20,000 nucleotides of DNA from Paramecium tetraurelia (taxonomy: Eukaryota), in assembly GCA_000165425.1 (NCBI GenBank), contig CT868070.1:118879-138878 (forward strand), in the 5' to 3' direction. Of this stretch, positions 10,834-20,000 are shown in pieces (the stretch's first letter is position 1; the number at the start of each line of letters is the position of its first letter). The position numbers were made by a program, and so were the translations under genes. The notes beneath the pieces are model-generated. The model worked only from the letters and a program-made list of their open reading frames with translations, was not told the origin of the DNA and did not search any database.

Positions 10834-12145
10834 GGTATATATTACACATTAGAGTACATATATTTACTTACTTATGACTATTCTACTTCATATAGAAGTA
10901 TATTATTGTTTTCAATTTTGATTTTTCATTAAATTTAAAGACAATTCTTATTCATATTTTTGAAATACACTCTTACCGAAAATAAATCTATAAAATTTTC
11001 TTAATTTCAAGCTCATCACACATTACATTAACAATAGATTACCCTTACAATCAAATTGTGATGGAAAATAATTTGAAAATTTGATTTTTGTTTGGTCTTT
11101 ATAAAATTGGAGGTTTGCCAATAAGGAATCACTAAATTATTTAATCAAAATTCTGGTATTTTGCAATAAAAGGTAACTATTCTAATTGATGAAAAATAGG
11201 GCTTAAGTTATGTATAATTAAACACAATAATAAAAAAATGATATCATAAATTTGAAATTCCTCCTTATCTGTTAAATAATGCATATTGATTCGATGGAAT
11301 TTATAGAATAAATATGAAAGATATATGATTAATTTCATTAATATATATAAATGAAATTTAATAAATTAAAATTATATTTTTAGGAATAATGATTTTAGAA
11401 GGATATGAATAAGAAATTTCTCAATGGATTTAATTTTTTTTATATACTTTTCAATTCAATTCGAAATGGATATATGATTAAATTTAATAATCTATTATGG
11501 ATTGAATTACTTAAGATATTTCATAGCCTAAATATAATTAATATTACATTAATATATAAATATAAAGATTTATTAATGTTGATTAGGTTAAACAAAAGTT
11601 AGTATGATTACTTGTTATTATTTGAAATTTGATTTTAATCACAGATTTTTCTGAATAGAATTCAAATTTATAAAAAATATCATGTCTTGCTATTCTCGAC
11701 TTTAAACAACAAGATTATTATAATTTTTTGAATATTCATTTACAACATGTATTACTATACTATATTTCTATAATAAAACTCAATGTTTTAAATCATCTCA
11801 TTGTTAAAAGAATTACTTTGCGAAGTAAATATCTATGTTACAGTTAGTATAGATCTTCTAATATATTAAAGGAAATATAAAAAATATAAGGACCACCAAG
11901 AACAATATAATAAATTTGTAATTTTATTAAGTTTGTGGTAAAAAAAGATTATTCAAAACTAATAAAATAGTATATAACAGTATATAATTCAACCAATATA
12001 ATGATACTTTCTACTAAATTTCAAAAGCCTAGAATTACTTTAAGAAAATCTCAAATTATATCATATGTTAGTATGTTGAATACAATAAGTAAATTTGAAA
12101 TATCTCGAAAATCTTCTCAAAGACAAGCATAAATTAATAATTCAA

Positions 12146-12703
12146 ATGAAAATAGTTAATGTGAATATATTTCTAATTTGGATGCTTGCCTATCTAACTT
12201 GTGTTAAAGGTTAATGTAATGAAATAACAGATCAAAGGTAGTGTAATGAAAATGAACAATGCGAATGGGATTATTGGTCACCTTCAAAATGTCAAAACAT
12301 TTGCAATCAATTGAAGAATCAAAATGAATGCAACTTTGCAGCAAACTGTAAGTGGGTAGCAAGTTCATCCTCATGTTTCATCAGAAAATGCACAGAAGAA
12401 TTGTAATAGGATAGATGTTGTCAAATAGTATTTACTACAATAAATTAGGTTGCTTGTTCTTGGAGAAATAACTAATGTTGGGACTCATCATGTGTTACAT
12501 TGTAGGCTAGCGAGGCTGGTAAATGTGCCAATTCATACTGCATTTGGGATCAGAAAAGAAAGCTTTGCTATGATAAAAAATGCTCAGACTATTCTAATTA
12601 ATATGATTGTGATCAAATATCATTTTGTAGTTGGTTTAAATACAAATGCATAGACGATGGTAATAACAAGATTGATTATCAAAATGGTGAAGAATAATGT
12701 TGA
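12146..12703 (+). CDS. Small secreted cysteine-rich protein (mini-antigen / surface-antigen-repeat-like), ~178-185 aa
   Basis: Signal-peptide-like start MKIVNVNIFLIWMLAYLTCVKG, then five units built around C-x-W (CEW, CKW, CSW, CIW, CSW). Probable 21 nt intron at 12428-12448; TGA at 12701-12703. Confidence 0.85.
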
Positions 12704-15565
12704 TCTAAAATCTAATTATTGTTATAAAAGAGGTTGAATATGTTTTTGATTTTACATATATTTCTCTATCCAACCAATCCAATTTTAATTTTCAATAATT
12801 ATTAATTTTTGTGTAATTATTTCTGCCTATTATTAATCATATTCTCAAAGTTAAGATTATTTCTTTTGGGTTTTTATCAAACGTCCTGATTAATCAAAGC
12901 ATATTTCAATGTATTCTAATGAGAATGAGAGTGTAATTAATAATAATGGTTATTCTTGAATAATTATTAATCAATTTATTTGTATATTCTGTATACTTCA
13001 TTTGTTGAATTTATTTCCTAAGGCAAATTCAATATTTCATTCAAAACAAATCGAGCATTTTGATTGGAAACAGAAATCTTTGTTCAATAAATTAAATTTA
13101 ATCATATTTTTTCTTCATTCTATTCTACAAAATAAAGTGTTTCTTTAAAGATAGAATTATATTTTATTAAATTCAACATAGTTTTTCAAAACAGATAATT
13201 CAAACTTTGAGAATTACAATTTATTAATTTAAACAGTAGTTCCAATGAACCAATAAAGCCATTATTCTAGTTTGTAACTAGGATACAAATATGAAAGTGT
13301 TAGAGGAATAATAGTAATGTTAGAAACATCAGTTAACATAAATATTGGAAAATTAAAATAAAATCGCAATATTAATACTCTTTGGTTTGTTTCCTCTGAA
13401 TAAAGAGCTTTTTAGAATTAATATACGATAATTGAGGATTGAAATATTAAATTATAATTCTATTCGAATGATGAAGGGTAATTGTGACAAGATAATTTAT
13501 TGGAATGTCAATTTAATTATTTTTGGACTTACTTACAATTATATTTTGGGTTCTTTTCCAGAATAATACAATATAGGTTAGATATGAGTCAATATAATCA
13601 TTTATTAGAAAATTAGACTCTTTAGCTATTTCATGAAATAGTGTAGAATTAAGGATCTTTTCAATATAAATTGCAATTCAAGTAAATGATCGGATGAAAT
13701 GAATGGATTAGACTTCATTTATAATTAAATTTATGTATTCCAGGCTTATTCTTATTGGAGCTAAAAAAAACTCAAATTACTTAATTGAAAATAGAATTAA
13801 AATGTTATCCTAGATTCTCCTAAAAATGGTCTTATGATAAGATTTAAACACTTTAATATACGAAGCATAAGATTTATAAAGTGTAGTGTGCTTATAATTA
13901 GAATAGTTTATCGCATTCTAAATGAAAATATTAATAATTGTTTTGTTTTAGATTTATAAATGTACCATAAGGAAACCAATAAGGATCTTTAAATGTAATC
14001 TGCATGGTAAAACTCCAAACTATAATTATCATGAATCACATAACTTTCACGACAATTATATCTGGTAAACACAAAAATGATGTATACTGATTAATTAAAG
14101 AAAAAATTAATTTCCTTTATTATTGTATAAAGCATTTTTAAATGATATAAATTAAAATATATGATCATTTATTTAAAGGAATGCATTGTATTTCTGATTC
14201 TTAGTTTCCATGCCACTGCAAACTGGAGGTTAATGGATTATAGTTTTACAGATACTGTTATTGTAGATAATAACTGGAAGATGTTTAAAGATTACTCAAT
14301 TGGTTGGCAAATTTCATTCAATACAAACATTTGCACTTAAAATCCATAAACATATGTCTCGTTAAAGAGAAATTAGTAATTCATAAAAAAGTCATTCAAT
14401 TATAAGGGTTTTGCAGTTTAAGTAGTTTTTGATGTCTTTTTTATTCAAGAGGATAATTCAAATTCTTATTTTGAGTTAAATACTCAACTTCATCTTCTAC
14501 CATAACAATTTTTAGTAGAGATTATAAGAAATTTGATTTGGAACAAAATAGTTAAATCATTTGTGATCCTACTTTTGACGAATTTGAATTTTTTACAATA
14601 GCAAGTACAATTTCTAATACCAACACTGAAAACTAATTTCTAATAAGTGTTAACTTCAATCCTGATTCAGTGTCCGTGGAAATAGGAATTAGAAACATGT
14701 TAATTTATGTAAATCCTTGTCATCCAACTTGCTTAAGTTGTTATGGTCCTTTAGAAACAAATTGTTTAACGTGTTTCGATGGTTAAGGGTTATCAGGCGG
14801 GAAATGCTAATGTGTTTCTGAATAATAATTTGCTGAAACTTTTATAGGTTGTCGTTAGGAATGTGATAGAGATTATTCGATTGCTCGGTATGATAAAATT
14901 TGTGTGTAAGACTACAGAATTAAATCATATTTAACATTATTTGAAAATGGTGTCATCCTTGTATCAAATAATAATAGGTATTCTCCTTTTATTTTTAAAA
15001 CAGACATATTTCATCCTAAGAACACTGATTTAATTTATAAAAGGTTGCCTTGCAATAGATTTTATTGGTAAATTGTAATTTAATGAAGGGATGTTTTACT
15101 AAATGAATTTAGAAAATTCAGTAAAATTTCTACGAATTCGCCTTACATTTTCTTTATCTAATTTTCAAGATTCAAGTAAAATTGAAATCTTAATTGATAA
15201 TCAACTTTAATCACGCATCATAAAAACTGCAACCAATTTTTAATATGTCAATTTGAATACAATATTTCAAGATAGTAGCATTTGTGGGAGTAGTGCTACT
15301 TTGTTAAGAATAGAGATGATTTTTAAAGTCTTTAATTCTCATCCAACAATTAAGATTTAAGGATAACTTTAACAAGCAAGTGAGTTTTGGGGATTTAAAA
15401 ATGTCACAATTGACACAGGACTTTGTTAACAGAATTGCAAGATTTGTTAAACCTTTTCTAAATGCGCATAATGTGAAACAGGCTATTAATTATATAGAAA
15501 CTAATGTATTGATAAATGTCCTATTCATTCAGATAATTGTGTTGATTATGAGGATAGGATTCCAT

Positions 15566-15591
15566 GTAAATTAATGTTATATAATTTTTAG
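15566..15591 (+). other. Spliceosomal intron, 26 nt
   Basis: GTAAAT...TTTTAG. Removal joins EDRIP-YSRYLAKG. Confidence 0.85.
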
Positions 15592-16456
15592 ATTCTAGAT
15601 ATTTAGCCAAAGGATTTTATAATTTAAACATGACTCTCGAAGAGATCGAATCTTTTTATGATACATTTCCTGATCCAACCCATAATATTGCAACCACATA
15701 AAAATTTTCATTTTTGAACAATAAAATAGTATTAGGAGGTTTGTTGGTATGGAATAATGGATAATATACAAAGGAATGGTCTATTTCACAACCTCATCAT
15801 GGAGTGTAAATTTATTTTAATTTAACTTATGGAGACAATTATTCTGGATTCTTTTATTATAAGGTAGGGACTACTAGCAGTACGTAAAAAGGACCGTTTA
15901 TTAATCTTGGTGGAGGATCAAATCTAATCGGTCAAGTTACTTCTGAAAGCACCCGTTACTTTAATATTAATTTGAACGATTTTTCTTATGACAGATTATA
16001 CATTCAACTTTTATGTCAAACCATTGCTCCAAATATTAATATGGGTTTTTGTGCCATATCAGATTATTTTATTGTTGTCAATTATGTAATATTTAATCAT
16101 ATTGTTTTATACTAGTGCCCTCCTTTTTGTTAAACTTGCACAAGTTCAAGTGGATGTACCTAATGGCAGGCAGGTTATAGTGGTTCTAATTGTTAAAGTA
16201 ATTAATATATCAATTTTGATCAATAAACAGAAACCTATAGTTGCAAAGATTGCGATGAAGTTTGTAGAACATGTTTAAGTTCAGAAGACTGTTAATAATG
16301 CATTAGCGATGAATTTCAGTTAATTAATGGAATTTGTTTGTGTAAACCCATTCAGATTTAGATATGGACGACATGTTTATGATGTAGTAGGTATTGTGAA
16401 AACTGTGTTGGTATTACATAATACGATTGTGTTTCATGTATTGAGGAATTTCACAG

Positions 16457-16554
16457 NNNNNNNNNNNNNNNNNNNNNNNNNNNNNNNNNNNNNNNNNNNN
16501 NNNNNNNNNNNNNNNNNNNNNNNNNNNNNNNNNNNNNNNNNNNNNNNNNNNNNN
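16457..16554. other. Assembly gap (98 N)
   Basis: Run of N inside the Cys-repeat region. Confidence 0.99.
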
Positions 16555-16583
16555 CTATTAATTAGTTGAATCAAATCAATTAA

Positions 16584-17965
16584 TGTAAACCAATTTGTGG
16601 GGATTTGGTAATAGTCAAAAATGAATAGTGTGATGATGGTAATGATAATGCCCTTGATGGATGTCATCATTGTTAAATATAATGTTATGATCATTGTTTA
16701 AAATGTAATCAAGGGATTTGTTTAAAATGTGATGAAATTAATGGCTGGTATTTAACAGGTGCTAATTGTGAATTTGTATGTGGAGATGGAATTGTTGCTT
16801 AGGGACAAGAACTTTGTGATGATTCAAATTTCAATCCTTTCGACTTATGCAATAATTGTAAATTGGGTTGTTCATAGTATTGTATGCAATGCTAAAATGG
16901 AGATTGTCTTAAATGTGAAATTGGCTTTGAATAAGATTCATATACTCGATAATGCATTCAAATATGTGGTGATAATTTAATTGTAGAAAACGAATAATGT
17001 GAAGATTAGATGATTCCATCATATATAACATACTGTGAAAATTGTTAATTTAAATGTCATCCCAATTGTATTGTATGCAAGTTTGGTAAATGTCAAGAAT
17101 GTTAAATTGGTTATATGTTAATCCATAACGAATGTGGAGAAATTTGTGGAGATGGATTAATTATTGGGAATGAGATTTGTGATTTATTCATATAAGATGT
17201 CAATTCTAATTGCTACAATTGTAATTATAATTGTCTAAGTGGCTGTTTGGTTTGTAATTAGGGTATATGTCAAATTTGTTAAGATGGATATTCCTTAGAT
17301 GAATTTTAGTGTAAACCTATCTGTGGAGATGAATTAATTGTTGAATTGGAATTGTGTGATGATGGCAATTAAATACCATATGATGGGTGTGATAGTTGCA
17401 ACTTTTCTTGTGAAGTTACTTGCTAATAATGTGAATTCGGTAAATGTACATATACCGATGATGATGATGATCCTACTATTGATTGTACCCCAGATTGTAA
17501 AATATGTGCACAACAGAATATTTGTTCTGGTTGTGAGGATAACTTTCAATTAATTAATAACCAATGTGTTCCTATATGTGGAGATGGAATCATTATTGAA
17601 GGATTAGAAGAATGTGACGATGGAAATAATTTACCAGATGATGGATGCTATCAATGTCAATTTTAATGCTCAAACGGTTGCGTCGATTGTCAATAAAGTC
17701 AATGTAAGAAATGTGATGATTCATAATATACCTTGGATATATAAACAGCTAAATGTTTAGAAAAAATCTAAAATTAAACTGATACTAATGTTGATCCATC
17801 AATCTTAGAATAATAGTAATAGACAGTTCTAAGATGCGGAGAAAATCAATTACTAATTGATAGTAAATGTGTTAATTAGTGCGGAAATGGAATACTGATT
17901 AATCAGTATGAAGAATGTGATGATGGAAATAGTTTTGGAGGAGATGGATGCTCTTCCTTGTGCAA
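16584..17965 (+). repeat. Seven protein-level Cys-rich repeats of the Myxococcus cysteine-rich / DUF4215 type (CxxxCG[DN]xxI...ExCDDGN...DGC)
   Basis: CKPICGDL, CEFVCGDG, CIQICGDN, CGEICGDG, CKPICGDE, CVPICGDG and CVNQCGNG in frame 3, spaced about 60-100 codons apart. Confidence 0.85.
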
Positions 17966-20000
17966 TATTGAAAATTCTTATAAATGTGTGAATTAAGAGG
18001 GATAATTAAGTTCATGCACATTTAATAGATCTCCAGAATTTGTTCTTAATATTTTATCCGATAAAACAAATTCGACATAGATGTTAGAATTAATTTTCAC
18101 TTAAGAGGTTAAATTATAAACGGAATTAAGGTTTGATGAACTAGCTTTTTTTACAATAGCCACTTAAACTCAATATTTATTAACCATCAGTTTCATTTAA
18201 AATATTTCTACTCAATTGAGCAATCCAAAATATTAAATCTCAATCTAATTTCTCGAACCCATAATAGATCCTATTCTATAAGTTGAAGTAGAGAGATCCA
18301 TAATACAGAACTAATTTGAATAAGATCTATAAGATTATTAAAAGTCAATCATTCTCGGAACTCCTTTTGTCTTGCCTGAAACTGCAAAAAAATAACTGAC
18401 TTCTATTGTTTAAATTAATGACGTTATGATGTATTCCATGGTAAGCGTGTCAAGTTTGGCATTGCTGACTGGTAATGCTATTATGTTCTTTAATTTGCTA
18501 GATTTATTACAGTCCTTATCTTATATCAAATTTATGCAATATCAGTTTCCACCACATTTAAAAGAATTTCTGAATACATACACAAAAGTTTCATTGCAAC
18601 CAATTATGAATTATTTTCAAGTAGATTAATTATTGGCAAAGTTAAATGGAGGTACTCTTCCTTATTAAGTCAGCAATAAATCTCAATAAAAATCCACAGC
18701 AAATGCTTTAAATTAGTTTTATTTGCTCAATGCAAAAAGTTGCTATTTCTCTGTCTTGGCATCAATATTAACTTATCTAATATATTGTATTATAGTGTCA
18801 GAGAGTGTTTAAGAATTCTTATTTAAGTTTTACAATGAAAGAGATCCAAATTCTAAAATTCTAAAACTTATTGATTTTTTTTAATAGAAGATTTAGAAAA
18901 AGTGCTTATAGTTGAAGTTCGAATATTTCTCTTTAGGTATATTTAAACTTTACTAAGCAATTTTACATTAACTTATTTTCAGCACATTATTACAATTTCC
19001 AAACTATTAATTTAATAGTGCATTTGAAATTTTCAACAGCATTAATGCAATTGTTGGATTACTTTTTGTTAGTTTTGTGACTTTCAATTTATTTACCATT
19101 ACTTCTGCTCAAATAAAAGATTAAAGGAAATGGAAATATTTTTATTTCGAATCAAAAACTTCTTTTTGGTAAGTTCATTGTAAGTCCTTTTAAATTTACA
19201 GAGTATTATTTTACATAATGATTATTGTTTAATTAATGAATTATCCTGAAGCATAATCAATTTTACTCTCTATGCTTTCATTTTTCTATTTGATTTACTT
19301 AATCAAATTTAAACCATTGTAATCTCAATTCGAACTTCTAAAATTAATTTTTAGAGAGTTGCTAGTGATGCTAATAACTGGAACATTTCTAATATATAGT
19401 TTTGATTTTAGTTAGGATAATTATATGCTTTTTGGTTGGATTCATATAGGTATGTTTTGCTCAATTTTGGCTTCTAATCTATTCATCGATATCTATGTGT
19501 AAATCTAGAAAATCTATGATAACTACCTGCAAAAGAAAATTAAAGATCAAAATGAATAAGAGAGAAAATATTATTACAATCAATTGCAAAGTTTTATATT
19601 AAATGATCGAGATTTTAACCCACAAAATAAGTGTAATCGATGACCATTATTTTATTTTGATTTTATTCAACTTTCTATACCTTTAATAGATAGATTGAGA
19701 ATTTAAATATTTTAGATGATATATGAGGGTGATTTGAGGTGAATTTTTTTTTGTAGTTATTAATTTATGATGGCATATTGCAGTTTGAGATTAGATCCGA
19801 CTTTGATTAGCCATCACCATTTTAGTCTTGTAGCATCTTTATATAATGAAGGGAGAATGGAATTTGAAAACTTATAACTTCATCTAAGATACTAGAATTT
19901 GATAATTAAGATCAGACGGAATGAAACATTAAATACACTGAGTTATTTCATTATAGAGATACTTAAGAGAAATATTATGTTACAAGATGGAGAGCGGGTA

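Larger units (their letters stand above)
14161..19643 (+). pseudogene. Large cysteine-rich multi-pass surface protein gene (furin-like repeats, CGDG/EECDDGN repeats, C-terminal multi-TM domain) with disablements
   Basis: Signal-peptide-like start MIIYLKECIVFLILSFHATA. Furin-like segments (CHPTCLSCYGPLETNCLTC; CQQNCKICQTFSKCAQC), introns 15566-15591 and 16086-16115, seven CG(D/N) repeats, a hydrophobic multi-helix region at ~18420-19500, and TGA at 19641-19643. Frame switches occur at ~14474 and ~15040, an in-frame TGA at 16380-16382, and an N gap. The gene identity is secure; pseudogene versus assembly error is not resolved. Confidence 0.7.

Noticed and set aside
11331..11358. Inverted repeat AATTTCATT...AATGAAATT
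   Set aside because: A 9 bp stem in extremely AT-rich DNA is expected by chance.
11405..11602. 65 aa ORF in the AT-rich spacer
   Set aside because: Low-complexity F/I/N/K composition with no recognisable motif, so most likely non-coding.
13245..14100. Short ATG-initiated frame (~65 codons) and further coding-like patches
   Set aside because: No recognisable domain and no consistent gene model. It could be a remnant but cannot be supported.
14477..14504. Possible retained 26 bp TA-bounded IES (or a 41 nt GTT...TAG intron at 14475-14515) that would repair the first frameshift
   Set aside because: The left end fits the TAYAGYNR consensus poorly, the interior is C-rich and reads as coding (YSTSSST), no other IES-like insertions interrupt genes here, and it would not explain the second shift.
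19700..20000. Possible gene fragment at the window end
   Set aside because: Open frames exist on both strands with no motif, so strand and frame cannot be decided.
1..20000. CRISPR arrays, transposase/RT genes, tRNA/rRNA, telomeric repeats
   Set aside because: None seen. The repeats present are protein-level or trinucleotide coding repeats.

Overview
AT-rich eukaryotic DNA that reads as a ciliate macronuclear scaffold, most likely Paramecium. TAA/TAG encode Gln, TGA is the only stop, and genes carry 21-30 nt GTA...TAG introns. The supplied standard-code ORF track is therefore mostly fragments or artefacts. Manual translation with code table 6 gives five + strand genes. (1) A 5'-truncated protein of at least 1815 aa with a long helical region, a TFIIS-central-like domain, Q-rich tracts and a SPOC-like domain (PHF3/DIDO/SPOCD1/Bye1-type architecture). 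(2) An intact ~798 aa membrane H+-pyrophosphatase homologue in which most catalytic and proton-coupling motifs are replaced, a candidate pseudoenzyme. (3) A small J-domain protein. (4) A small secreted Cys-rich mini-antigen-like protein. (5) A large Cys-repeat, multi-TM surface protein gene with two mutually compensating frameshifts, an in-frame TGA and an assembly gap. Degenerate gene-like remnants lie at about 8.1-10.1 kb. All family assignments come from reading motifs by eye; no database search was run.
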